This document shows positions 28,293 to 37,852 of a DNA stretch of 54,002 bases, one piece after another. The notes under the pieces are model-generated. The model worked only from the letters and a program-made list of their open reading frames with translations, did no database searches and was not told the DNA's origin. The stretch's first letter is position 1, and the number at the start of each line of letters is the position of its first letter. The position numbers and the translations under genes are program-made. This DNA comes from Gemmatimonadota bacterium (lineage in GTDB: Bacteria > Gemmatimonadota > Gemmatimonadetes > Gemmatimonadales > GWC2-71-9): positions 1-54,002 of the forward strand of contig JAJCZW010000103.1 of the NCBI GenBank assembly GCA_029262155.1. Direction: 5' to 3'.

Positions 28293-30299
28293 TCACGACT
28301 GGCCGAGCACCTCACGCAATTTGTTGGCGAGTTCCGCGGCGGTGAACGGCTTCTGGAGGAATGGGACTGTATCCCCCAAGGGCCTCCTCGATCCAACCGC
28401 TCCGGAGGCATACCCCGACACACAGAGCGTCTTTATCTGCGGCCGGATCGCGAGAATCTGTTCGACCAGTTGTACGCCACCAAGCCCCGGCATGACCAAA
28501 TCGGTCACCAAGATATCGATCTGTCCGGCATGCTGTTGAACCAACTCCAGGGCTTGCTCCCCCGATGTTGCGGGCAGAACACGATACGCCTGTTGCTCTA
28601 GGAGATGGCGGATCACGCTGCGCACTGCATTGTCGTCCTCCACCAACAGCACCGTTTCGCCACCGGGTGGGCCAGACCCATCGGGTCCAGCGGTGACGAC
28701 CTCATCAGCCGATTCGTCGACGCGAGGGAGATAGATCGCAAAGAGCGCACCGTGGTCGGGCTCACTGTCCAGAGTCACAAACCCATCGCTTTGCTTCACG
28801 ATACCGTACACCGTGGCGAGGCCAAGACCGGTGCCCTTCCCAAGTTCCTTCGTCGTGTAGAAAGGGTCGAAAGCGTGATTGCGTGTCTTCTGATCCATCC
28901 CCTGCCCGGTGTCCCTGACTTCAATCCGGACATACCGCCCGGGAAGAATCGGCTCCTGGAGGGTCGATGTCTCGTGGTCGACATCGATGTTGCTGCACGA
29001 CACCGTGATGGACCCACCCCCGGGCATCGCATCCCGGGCATTGATGATCAGATTGAGGAGGACCTGTTCCATCTGTCCGGGATCTGCCCGCACCGACCCG
29101 GTATCCGAACCGAAGCTGGTGTGGAATTGCACATCTTCGCCGATAATGCGTGTCACCATCGCACGAATGCGTTCTATCAGGTGCGGAACATCGATCACCT
29201 GGGGGCGCAGCTGCTGCTGGCGACCAAACGCCAACAGTTGCCTCGTCAGGTCGGCCGCACGCAGGGCAGCCACTCTGATCTCCGAAACCTCCTGTCGGTG
29301 GGTGTCATCCTCGGAAAGGTCGGCGAGCAGGAGGTCCGTTGAACTCAAGATCACCGTGAGCAAATTGTTAAAATCATGTGCCACCCCACCGGAGAGCCGG
29401 CCGACGACCTCAAGGCGTCTCTTCTGGCGTATCTGCTGCTCCAATCGATCCCGCTCGGTCACATCCTGGACCATCCCTTCAAACTCGCGTGGCCCCGATG
29501 GCCCGTCGCGAAGGCAGCGTCCTGCCAACCGCACCGTGATGACTGACCCATCTTTCCGCCGCCAACGCGTCTCCACATCGTGAAACTGTTCCTCGTTTCC
29601 GAACCGAGCGATCAGTTCCGCCCGTTCCTCGGCGCGCGCATAAACGTCTTTGGCCAGATTCAGGGCAAGCACTTCGGCCTCGGAGTCGTAGCCCAGCATG
29701 TGGACCATCGCGGGATTGACCTGAAGCAAGGCCCCACTAAGATCTGATCGGTAGATTCCATAGACCGCATTGAGGACGAACGATCGATACCGTTCCTCCG
29801 ATCGCCGGAGTGCGTCTTCCGCTTCTTGACGCTCCGTGAGATCCCGGATGATGGCCACAAACGCCGGGCGATCCCTATACTCGCACCGTTCTAGGTGAAT
29901 TAAGACGGGATAAACCGTAGAGTCCTTCCGCCGATGAACTGTTTCGAACGCGAGGCGATGTTGTGTCTCCTGCCGGAGCGGCTCCATCATGGTGTGGAGT
30001 TCCTCGGCCCGACGGTCAGGGTTGAGGTCAAGGGGAGTCATCTTTGCAAGCTCATCCATAGTGTAGCCGAGGTTCGTGCGGGCACCTCGGTTTACATGGA
30101 GGAAGCGAAGGGTTTCGGCGTCGAGAACGTAGATCTCGTGTAGAGAGTCCTCAAGGATATGCCCAAGCACCCCAGACAGGTCGGGCGTGAGAGGGCCTGA
30201 AGCGTGATCTGGGTGGCCGGTCATCCCAACCCCGACTGGGGCCAGGGGGAATTGTGGTGGATCGTGGCTACTCCCGGGGCTGCCGCAGCCCTCGGACAC
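28293..30299 (-). CDS. hybrid sensor histidine kinase/response regulator with PAS domains
   Basis: Two PAS regions, H-box GGVAHDFNNLLTVI, HATPase boxes (LINARDAM, DTGQGMD, GTGLGLATVYGIV) and a C-terminal receiver (VLLVEDDNAVR ... DILVTDLVMPGLGG). GTG start at 30299; an alternative ATG lies at 30224. Confidence 0.9.
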   Translation of the reverse strand: MSEGCGSPGSSHDPPQFPLAPVGVGMTGHPDHASGPLTPDLSGVLGHILEDSLHEIYVLDAETLRFLHVNRGARTNLGYTMDELAKMTPLDLNPDRRAEELHTMMEPLRQETQHRLAFETVHRRKDSTVYPVLIHLERCEYRDRPAFVAIIRDLTERQEAEDALRRSEERYRSFVLNAVYGIYRSDLSGALLQVNPAMVHMLGYDSEAEVLALNLAKDVYARAEERAELIARFGNEEQFHDVETRWRRKDGSVITVRLAGRCLRDGPSGPREFEGMVQDVTERDRLEQQIRQKRRLEVVGRLSGGVAHDFNNLLTVILSSTDLLLADLSEDDTHRQEVSEIRVAALRAADLTRQLLAFGRQQQLRPQVIDVPHLIERIRAMVTRIIGEDVQFHTSFGSDTGSVRADPGQMEQVLLNLIINARDAMPGGGSITVSCSNIDVDHETSTLQEPILPGRYVRIEVRDTGQGMDQKTRNHAFDPFYTTKELGKGTGLGLATVYGIVKQSDGFVTLDSEPDHGALFAIYLPRVDESADEVVTAGPDGSGPPGGETVLLVEDDNAVRSVIRHLLEQQAYRVLPATSGEQALELVQQHAGQIDILVTDLVMPGLGGVQLVEQILAIRPQIKTLCVSGYASGAVGSRRPLGDTVPFLQKPFTAAELANKLREVLGQS

Positions 30300-30481
30300 A
30301 GCTGGGTCGCCTGATTCCGTCCAAATGGGTACTGGCCTTCAGGGACCCCGATCATCACACCCGCCTGGGTTCAGGATGGCACCCGAGGAACACTCCGCGC
30401 TACACAAATAGTTCTTACACGTGGATAAAGTGATCGTACGAAACAATCGCGCGTGGACAATTCTAGTTTTGGCAGAGCGCC

Positions 30482-31156
30482 CTATGCGCTTTGCTCCTTG
30501 AGCCACTCGGCAAATCCATCGTGCCCCGACTCACGGGCAAGCTGAATAGGGGTCTTGCCTTCGTCGGAAGCTGGCGTGGCCTCCGCCCCCGCCGCCACAA
30601 GCACCTCTCCCAGGGCACGGCGCCCATGCAAGGCGGCGGCATGCAACGGAGCCCACCCACCATGCTGCCGAGCATTTGGGTTAGCACCTTTGTCGAGCAA
30701 GAGCATGGCGATCTTTAGAGCCATGTCGCCATCTTCATTGGCGACGGCGCTGTGCAGGGGCGTCACCTGCATGCTGTTCTTCGAAGGAAGGTCCGGATCG
30801 GCCCCGGCATCGAGTAGGACTGCCACAACCTCGGGGTGCCCAAAATAGGCTGCGAACCCAAGTGGTGTGTATCCATCGGGAGAGAAGGTATGTAGACTTC
30901 CCTGGCTCACGGCCAGGATATCCTTGACCTGTCCAAGGTTCCCGAGGGCGGCCGCTTCATGGAGAGACAGACGCGGGACTCGAGAGGCAAGGGCACGAGC
31001 CACTGGCACCTGGTGATGATAGAGCGCCACGAGGATCATGCTGACGCCCTGGTCGTCTGACGCCTTCGCCAGGGAACGGTCCTGACCCAGCAAACGTTCG
31101 ACCTGACCGACATCTCCGCGCTTGACCGCATCAAGGAATGGTGCGATATCCGACAT
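30482..31156 (-). CDS. ankyrin-repeat protein
   Basis: Start trimmed to ATG 31154-31156, which is preceded by GGAGG. Repeated ANK units (TPLHSAVANEDGDMALKIAMLLLDKGANPNARQHGGWAPLHAAALHGRRALGEVLVAAGAE). Confidence 0.8.
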   Translation of the reverse strand: MSDIAPFLDAVKRGDVGQVERLLGQDRSLAKASDDQGVSMILVALYHHQVPVARALASRVPRLSLHEAAALGNLGQVKDILAVSQGSLHTFSPDGYTPLGFAAYFGHPEVVAVLLDAGADPDLPSKNSMQVTPLHSAVANEDGDMALKIAMLLLDKGANPNARQHGGWAPLHAAALHGRRALGEVLVAAGAEATPASDEGKTPIQLARESGHDGFAEWLKEQSA

Positions 31157-31219
31157 GGTCGCCTCCGTGTCTCCCCGCTGGGAAACCGGCTGGGAGTGTC
31201 TCAACAACACTAAACCAGA

Positions 31220-34054
31220 ATGTGTCCTATGCAATCCTTGCGCCTCCTTGCCGTGCTCCTCCTCACCACAACCCCTTGTTGGGCCCAGACTCCCAAGCGG
31301 TCCCTCACGCAATCAGATTTCGACCATTGGCAAAGTATCGCTGGCCCGGCGCTGTCTCCGGACGGCCGATGGGTTGCCTATACGCTTGGTCCCCAGGTCG
31401 GAGATGGTGAGGTCGTCGTCGCCGCCACCACGGACGGGGCTGAACGGCGCTTCCCCCGTGGCTATGTCGGCCGACCACAGCTTCGTCCTGCCGCCGATTC
31501 TGGTTTTCGGATTCCCCCGGTGACGTGGGGTGCAGATTCCCGCACTCTGGTTTTCAGTGTACTGCCCCCCGCCGATTCGGTCGAAGCAGCCGCACGCCGA
31601 AAACGCGGAAACCGCAGGGCACCGCACAATGGCCTGGGGATTTTTCGAGTTGGCACGGGCGTGTATGAGACGGTGCCCGACGTTCGATCCTATCGAATGG
31701 CCCGAGCTTCGGGGGAACTCCTGGCCTACCTGATGGAACCCGACAGTGCAACGGGGGTTTCTGAGGATAGTGCCACCAGCACTCGTCGTTCACCGCTACC
31801 AGGATCAACGCTGGTGATACGGAACCTTGAAGACGGCACCGAGATCCAGATTCCCGAGGTACGAAGCTTCGCCCTTGAAGACAGTGCACGGTACCTGGCC
31901 TACTCAGTGAGTTCTCGAACCCCTGCGACAAACGGGGTCTACCTTCGCAGGGTGGCGACCGGCGAGGTCACCACCGTCGTCGCTGGAGTTGGCAGTTTCG
32001 GTCGTGTCGTCTTTGATCGCTCTGGTCGGCGTTTTGCCTTCGTCTCCGATCATGCTGATACCGCGACCACCGATCCGAAGTCCACGGTCTACCTCGCCCG
32101 GATCGAACCGAAGGCGGTCGCCCTACTCGCCGTCGCGACTCCCGACAGTGCCGGACCGGGCTACCAAATCGCCTCGCGAGGCCCGCTCCGTTTTACTCGA
32201 GAGGGCGACGCGCTCCTTCTTTCCCTTGCCTCAGTTCTCCCCACCAGCGTCCCAAGTGACAGCCTACGAGATCGTGCGGTCCTCGATCTGTGGCACTACC
32301 TCGACCCACGGCTGCAGCCGCAGCAAATCCGCGAGGCACGGCGGGATCGAAATAGAACGTACCAGGCGATCTATCATCCCAGGGAACGTCAGGTCGTTCA
32401 ACTGGCCGATGCTGCTATTCCGCAAGTCGCCCTTGGCAACGACGGCCGGACCGCCATCGGGATCACGCAGGAACCGTATCGGGTGCAGGCCATGTGGGGG
32501 GAAGGAGGGAGCGATATCTACCTCATCCCAGCCACGAACGGGGATCGATTCCGGATCGCGACCCATGTCCCGTTTGCTGCCACTCTAAGCCCGACTGGCC
32601 GCTTTGCGATCTGGTTTGACGAGGGGGCCTGGCATACCTACGACACCCGAAGGGGAACCAGCACCTCGTTAACGGCTGCCGCCCCGGACGTGCATTTCGA
32701 ACGCGAAACCTGGAATACACCGAGCATTCCCCGACCGTGGGGCATCGCGGGATGGACCGAAGGGGAAGGGCAGGTCCTCCTCTACGACCGGTACGACGTG
32801 TGGGCGTTCGATCCCTCAGGCAAGACGGCTCCACGCATGGTGACAGAGGGACGGGGGCGCGCCGAACGCACGACATTCCGGATCGTTGATCTCGACCGCG
32901 ATGAGCCGTTTCTGAGTCCCACAGACGATCTACTCCTGCGGGCCTTCAACGAAGACAATAAACAGAGTGGGTTCTGGGTCACTCGACTCGATCGAACTGG
33001 GCCTCCCCGCCAGATCCTCATGTCGGACCATGCGTGGGGTACGCCCTCTCGGGCCAAGGACGCGAACACCTATCTCGTCACCCGGTCGACTTTTCAAGAG
33101 TTCCCCGACCTTTGGACCGGGCCGGCGCTGGACAGCCTTACCAAAGTTTCCAACGCCAACCAACAACAGGCCGGCATCACCTGGGGCAACGTAGAGCTCG
33201 TCAACTGGCGCAGTGACGACAACGTCCCACTCAAAGGACTGCTGTACACTCCGGAGGATTTTGATCCGAGTCGGCAGTATCCCATGGTCGTGTATTTCTA
33301 CGAACAGCTGAGCAATAATCTTCACAACTATGTGATGACGCACCCGCGAAATACGATTCAACCGACCTGGTACGTCTCCAACGGCTACCTCGTATTCTTT
33401 CCTGACATTGCGTACACCACCGGCTATCCCGGGCCCGACGCGGAAAAGGCCATCATCCCCGGCGTCCAATCTCTGCTCGCCCGAGGGTTTGTGAAGCCGG
33501 ATGGTATCGGGATCGCCGGGCAGTCATGGGGAGGCTATCAAACAGCCTTTGTCGTCACCCGATCGCGGCTTTTCAAGGCCGCCATGGCGGGGGCGCCGGT
33601 TGCGAATATGACGAGCGCCTATGGAGGGATCCGATGGGGATCTGGCCTCGCACGGAGCTTCCAATACGAGAAGACGCAAAGCCGGATCGGCGGTTCTCTT
33701 TGGGAGTTCCCGATGCGGTACCTCGAGAATTCGCCACTCTTCGCGGCCGATCGTATTCAGACGCCGCTCCTCATCATGCACAACGATGCTGATGGCGCGG
33801 TGCCCTGGTACCAGGGGATAGAGTTATTTGTAGCGCTTCGCCGGTTAGGCAAGGAGAGCTATCTGCTCAACTATAACGGTGAGTCACACAACCCGACGAA
33901 GCGCGCCAACCAAGATGATATCGCCAGACGAACCATGGAGTTCTTTGACCACCATCTTCGGGGAGCACCCGCACCCCGCTGGATGACTCACGGAATTCCG
34001 TATCTCGAAAAGGGGAGAGACCAGATTGGAGCGATGAAGACATCGATGCCTTGA
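31220..34054 (+). CDS. secreted S9-family serine peptidase (prolyl oligopeptidase/DPP-like with N-terminal propeller)
   Basis: Signal peptide. Long beta-propeller-like N-terminal part. Catalytic GQSWGGYQTAF (Ser), HNDADGAVP (Asp) and NGESHNP (His). Confidence 0.85.
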   Translation: MCPMQSLRLLAVLLLTTTPCWAQTPKRSLTQSDFDHWQSIAGPALSPDGRWVAYTLGPQVGDGEVVVAATTDGAERRFPRGYVGRPQLRPAADSGFRIPPVTWGADSRTLVFSVLPPADSVEAAARRKRGNRRAPHNGLGIFRVGTGVYETVPDVRSYRMARASGELLAYLMEPDSATGVSEDSATSTRRSPLPGSTLVIRNLEDGTEIQIPEVRSFALEDSARYLAYSVSSRTPATNGVYLRRVATGEVTTVVAGVGSFGRVVFDRSGRRFAFVSDHADTATTDPKSTVYLARIEPKAVALLAVATPDSAGPGYQIASRGPLRFTREGDALLLSLASVLPTSVPSDSLRDRAVLDLWHYLDPRLQPQQIREARRDRNRTYQAIYHPRERQVVQLADAAIPQVALGNDGRTAIGITQEPYRVQAMWGEGGSDIYLIPATNGDRFRIATHVPFAATLSPTGRFAIWFDEGAWHTYDTRRGTSTSLTAAAPDVHFERETWNTPSIPRPWGIAGWTEGEGQVLLYDRYDVWAFDPSGKTAPRMVTEGRGRAERTTFRIVDLDRDEPFLSPTDDLLLRAFNEDNKQSGFWVTRLDRTGPPRQILMSDHAWGTPSRAKDANTYLVTRSTFQEFPDLWTGPALDSLTKVSNANQQQAGITWGNVELVNWRSDDNVPLKGLLYTPEDFDPSRQYPMVVYFYEQLSNNLHNYVMTHPRNTIQPTWYVSNGYLVFFPDIAYTTGYPGPDAEKAIIPGVQSLLARGFVKPDGIGIAGQSWGGYQTAFVVTRSRLFKAAMAGAPVANMTSAYGGIRWGSGLARSFQYEKTQSRIGGSLWEFPMRYLENSPLFAADRIQTPLLIMHNDADGAVPWYQGIELFVALRRLGKESYLLNYNGESHNPTKRANQDDIARRTMEFFDHHLRGAPAPRWMTHGIPYLEKGRDQIGAMKTSMP

Positions 34055-34066
34055 CCGTGGAGTGTG

Positions 34067-34100
34067 GGCCGGGAATGGCTGAGACCATCCATTCCCGGCC
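34067..34100. terminator. bidirectional stem-loop between convergent genes
   Basis: Perfect 12-bp stem GGCCGGGAATGG (34067-34078) / CCATTCCCGGCC (34089-34100) with a 10-nt loop. It lies between the S9 peptidase stop (34054) and the Omp85 stop (34105). No strong U-tract. Confidence 0.5.
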
Positions 34101-34104
34101 GTCC

Positions 34105-35739
34105 CTATCGAAGGTTCCCCGATGTCGAAAAGGGGAACCCTTTGGCCACGACCAGAGCAAAGCCACCCGGTGTGCCACAAAACGATTCGAACCGACCGAA
34201 ACATCGAACCAAATCCCACCGATTGGTTTCTAGCTCTATACTTCGTCGATTCCCGATCCGTAGACCAATCCCGGCATCCCATCCGGCTCGGCGTTCGTTT
34301 CCTGCATACCATGCTCCACCGTAGTCGATGAACGCGGCGATCCCGAGGCTCCACAAGTTCAGGAAATCTTCCGTCACCATGTAGCGGTATTCGGCGGTCC
34401 CGAAGAAGGCACGCTCACCGGTAAACGCATGGGCTCGGTACCCTCGGGGACCGAAGTCGGCTCCCAGATCGAACTCTCCACCGGGGCGGGATCCTTTGAG
34501 CCATCCACCACCGAGATAGAACACGGCCGCATGTCGGGGACCGGGCTGAAGCAACACCGTGCCGGCGATCTGAACCGCGCCGGAATCGGAGGCGCTACTC
34601 AGGCGCCGGTACGCAGAAGCATTGAGGTAACCGAAGCCGGACGGAACGACGAACCCGGTCCGGAGCCCGATACTTGGAACGACGCCATCCTCGTTGTATC
34701 CCAACGTTTGGGACGTGACGGCGAGGCCGAGACGAACGGTCGTGCTGACATCGACATCTTCTTCTCGGTCAAGACCGCGGAAACTCCGCGTCACGAGAAA
34801 CCGAGCGCGACGCCACTCGAGGGACACACCAAAGGTGCCAAAGGTATTGCGGGGGAACCCAATCGAATCGGCCGCAGCTTCGGTGACGAAGTTCTCCCGG
34901 CGATACTCCACCCAGAGCCCCAACCTGGTATAGCCTGAGGGACTCGCCCGCGGGGCCCACCCTACCGACCCCGCGAGTACCGAAAACCGGCGCTGAGCGG
35001 TATCCGAGGCCACCGACTCCCCTTCGAAGAACCGGAGGATGCGGCGACGCTCGTCTTGCCCGGTCAGGCTCCACGCGGTGCGACTGGAAAGCGAGCGGAA
35101 CGGCCGTCCCAACCGTCCCCAATAGATGCGTCCGTCGCTGCTGTTGCGGAATTGAATCGCCTGGGCCGCAACGTCCACTGACCCTCCGATGAGGCGCGGG
35201 GCACTCACCAGAGAGATCAGGCTTGACCGATCGACATCCTTTCGAAGACTCAAGGAAGCCAGAATGGCCGTCCCCAGGAGATTCTCTTCCACCAACGAGA
35301 TCGAGCCCACAAACTTGTTCGAGGTCCGCCCAAAGTTTGGTGAGATCTTCGTACTCCACCCATCTCCCGTGTGTACCCGCATGACGAGCCCACTATCGGT
35401 CGGGACAGAATCGATCGCAACAAACCGAAACACACCACGGCTTCGGAGGTTCCGAGCCGTCTCCGCCACCTTCGCGGAGTCGTAAAACTCGCCAACCGAA
35501 AACAACAACTCGCGTCGAATGACCCAGGCTCTGGTGGTGCGGTGGAGGGCGTTCGTGAGTCTGGGGAGGAGGGACTGGGCCTCGCTCACTGGGTACACGT
35601 TTTCCCGCTCCAGCAGAATGCCCCGAATCGGCCGACCGGAACTGGCTGATTGGGCGTTGGCCGGGACCACCCACCCAAGAAGCATGATCAATCCCGCGAT
35701 CAGTGCCAGATCGGATCGCTCAATGTGACGGATAGGCAT
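34105..35739 (-). CDS. Omp85/BamA-TamA family outer-membrane protein
   Basis: Signal/anchor LALIAGLIMLLGWVVPANAQS, one POTRA-like region, and a C-terminal surface-antigen (D15) barrel (FIDYGGAWYAG...GIGLRIG...GFALVVAKGFPF). Confidence 0.75.
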   Translation of the reverse strand: MPIRHIERSDLALIAGLIMLLGWVVPANAQSASSGRPIRGILLERENVYPVSEAQSLLPRLTNALHRTTRAWVIRRELLFSVGEFYDSAKVAETARNLRSRGVFRFVAIDSVPTDSGLVMRVHTGDGWSTKISPNFGRTSNKFVGSISLVEENLLGTAILASLSLRKDVDRSSLISLVSAPRLIGGSVDVAAQAIQFRNSSDGRIYWGRLGRPFRSLSSRTAWSLTGQDERRRILRFFEGESVASDTAQRRFSVLAGSVGWAPRASPSGYTRLGLWVEYRRENFVTEAAADSIGFPRNTFGTFGVSLEWRRARFLVTRSFRGLDREEDVDVSTTVRLGLAVTSQTLGYNEDGVVPSIGLRTGFVVPSGFGYLNASAYRRLSSASDSGAVQIAGTVLLQPGPRHAAVFYLGGGWLKGSRPGGEFDLGADFGPRGYRAHAFTGERAFFGTAEYRYMVTEDFLNLWSLGIAAFIDYGGAWYAGNERRAGWDAGIGLRIGNRRSIELETNRWDLVRCFGRFESFCGTPGGFALVVAKGFPFSTSGNLR

Positions 35740-35777
35740 GCCAATGGGGGGCCGAGCAGGCGCGGAATTCGATCTAC

Positions 35778-36038
35778 TCAGGCGAGGCTCTCGAGGATTT
35801 TCCAGAGCTCAATCGGACTAAACTCGTTGAACCGCTGGATCATCTCAATTTCACTCCATTCCAGAAAAATCCACCCAGTCGACCGGGTGGCTTCATCGGA
35901 AACGAAATGGACCCGCCCACCGACAAGCTTCCCTTCCGCACGGATCTCGAGACGAACCTTCCAGGTGGTGTCTCCCCGAGCCAGATCACCCAGGTGCCGC
36001 CCGGGCGGTGCTTCGGGAATCGCAGATTGCGGGTCCAT
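35778..36038 (-). CDS. hypothetical small protein
   Basis: 86 aa with a plausible composition. On the same strand, ending 38 nt upstream of the Omp85-family gene. No family recognised. Confidence 0.45.
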   Translation of the reverse strand: MDPQSAIPEAPPGRHLGDLARGDTTWKVRLEIRAEGKLVGGRVHFVSDEATRSTGWIFLEWSEIEMIQRFNEFSPIELWKILESLA

Positions 36039-36134
36039 ACGCTTCCTCCCAAGTCTTCATGCTAAGGCAACGGGAGCCAGGACGCCAGCGTCTCCGCTGC
36101 ACCAGCCGCCCGACCTCACTATCTTGCCGCCATC

Positions 36135-36929
36135 ATGGCCCAATCAACCACCCCTCCATCCATCCAATTTTGCACTTCGTGCGGGGAAGTGGTTCGCGGA
36201 CGCTACTGTGGTCACTGTGGCCAGGGGGTGGGCGGGGGAGGAACCTGTCCCGACTGTCAGGCACCACTTTCCCCAGCAGCCCGTTTCTGCCATCGGTGTG
36301 GTCGCCCCGCGAGCCCTGCTCCCCCGGCGCGTTCGCAGCGCCCGTGGGTGATCGCAGGGGCCACGGTTATCGTTGCGGTAGCCCTCCTTGTCTTTGTACT
36401 CGGGCGTGGGGCCGCCCCAGCACCAGTGATCCCAAGCATGGGCAATGTCGGGAATGCGGGCGCCCCCGGTGCCGCGTCACTCGCCGGCCCGGCGCCGGAT
36501 ATCAGCCAGATGTCTCCCACAGAGCGATTCACCAGACTCAATGATCGCGTTATGGTCGCCGCGACGAACGGCGATAGCACGACGGTGATCACCTTTACGC
36601 CGATGGCGCTGGCGGCCTACGCCCAACTCGATACGGTCACCGTGGACTCGCGGTATCACGCTGCGGTGCTGCATGCCCAAGTAGGTGAGTTGGATCAAGC
36701 ATTGGCCCTAGCCGACACTATCCAGGCCGGGGCTCCACGTAATCTGTTCGGTTATGTTATTCGCGGGACGATCGCCGAATTGCGACGGGATGTTCCCAGC
36801 GCGGCGGAGGCCTATCGTGGTTTCCTTGATGCCTTCGACGCCGAGGTCGCGACCAGCCGTCCAGAATATCAGGACCACCGAGATATCCTCAATCAGTTTC
36901 GCTCGTCGGCCCAAGCTATCCTTCAGTAG
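36135..36929 (+). CDS. double zinc-ribbon membrane protein
   Basis: CTSCGEVVRGRYCGHCG and CPDCQAPLSPAARFCHRCG, one TM segment (WVIAGATVIVAVALLVFVLG), then a helical periplasmic part. Confidence 0.7.
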   Translation: MAQSTTPPSIQFCTSCGEVVRGRYCGHCGQGVGGGGTCPDCQAPLSPAARFCHRCGRPASPAPPARSQRPWVIAGATVIVAVALLVFVLGRGAAPAPVIPSMGNVGNAGAPGAASLAGPAPDISQMSPTERFTRLNDRVMVAATNGDSTTVITFTPMALAAYAQLDTVTVDSRYHAAVLHAQVGELDQALALADTIQAGAPRNLFGYVIRGTIAELRRDVPSAAEAYRGFLDAFDAEVATSRPEYQDHRDILNQFRSSAQAILQ

Positions 36930-36951
36930 GCTCACTCACTCACCTGGTCTC

Positions 36952-37794
36952 ATGTCTCAAACTATTCGCGTGACTCACAGCCCTGACAGCGACGATGCCT
37001 TCATGTTTTACGCCCTGACTGCCGGCAAACTCGATACTGGCGACCTGGCGTACGAACACGAATTGAGCGACATCGAGAGTCTCAATCAGCGCGCCCTGCG
37101 AGGAGAACTCCAAGTGTCGGCGGTCTCCATTCATGCCTACGCTCACCTGGCATCCCGCTACGCACTCCTGGCAAGTGGAAGTTCCATGGGCGACGGATAT
37201 GGCCCCCGCCTGGTTGCGCGGAAACCCGCACCCGGCGATCCGCGCACCGCGCTTCGGGGGCTTCGAGTCGGCATCCCCGGAACGATGACCACCGCGTACC
37301 TGGCACTCCAGCTGTATCAACCCGATTGTGACGTCACGGTGATGGCCTTCGATGCGATCGAGGATGCCGTTGCCAACGGAACCGTGGATGTGGGGCTCCT
37401 TATCCATGAAGGTCAATTGACTTTTGGAGACCAGGGGCTCCACCTCTGGGCCGATTTGGGCGCGTGGTGGATGGAAGACACCGGCCTTCCGCTTCCGCTC
37501 GGCGGCAACGTAGTCCGCCGGGACTTCGGACCTGAGGTGACGACGCAGATCGCCCGTGACCTCAAAGCCAGCATCACCTGGGCCTTAGATCATCGTGAGG
37601 AGGCGCTGGCATATGCCTCCCGGTTCAATCGGGGGATCGGTGAGGAACGCACAAACACCTTTGTCGGAATGTACGTCAATCATTGGACCGTCGATTACGG
37701 CGAGCGCGGGAGGGAAGCGGTCAGGCTCCTCCTCGCCCGGGGGCATACCGCTGGCATTTTCCCCACCCCGGTGCAGGTTGAGTTTGTGGGTTAG
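36952..37794 (+). CDS. MqnA/MqnD-family protein (futalosine-pathway menaquinone biosynthesis-like)
   Basis: Start trimmed to ATG 36952; the track ORF from 36754 overlaps the previous gene. Motifs HSPDSDDAFMFYAL and LGAWWMEDTGLPLPLGGNVVRRD are collinear with the MqnD/VitK2 biosynthesis family. Confidence 0.7.
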   Translation: MSQTIRVTHSPDSDDAFMFYALTAGKLDTGDLAYEHELSDIESLNQRALRGELQVSAVSIHAYAHLASRYALLASGSSMGDGYGPRLVARKPAPGDPRTALRGLRVGIPGTMTTAYLALQLYQPDCDVTVMAFDAIEDAVANGTVDVGLLIHEGQLTFGDQGLHLWADLGAWWMEDTGLPLPLGGNVVRRDFGPEVTTQIARDLKASITWALDHREEALAYASRFNRGIGEERTNTFVGMYVNHWTVDYGERGREAVRLLLARGHTAGIFPTPVQVEFVG

Positions 37795-37852
37795 CACCGT
37801 TTTGCTTGACGAGGCTCAGACAGAATCCTAGGTTCCGGCGATCCTTCCCTCG

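Noticed and set aside
30420-30460. Direct repeat CGTGGATAA / CGTGGACAA spaced 32 nt apart, upstream of the hybrid kinase gene
   Set aside because: Only two imperfect 9-mers occur in a lower-GC spacer, which is within chance expectation without comparative support.
34183-34193. GGTTCGAATCG (minus strand), resembling a tRNA T-loop
   Set aside because: No flanking T-stem, acceptor stem or anticodon arm can be drawn. The string lies inside the Omp85 coding frame.
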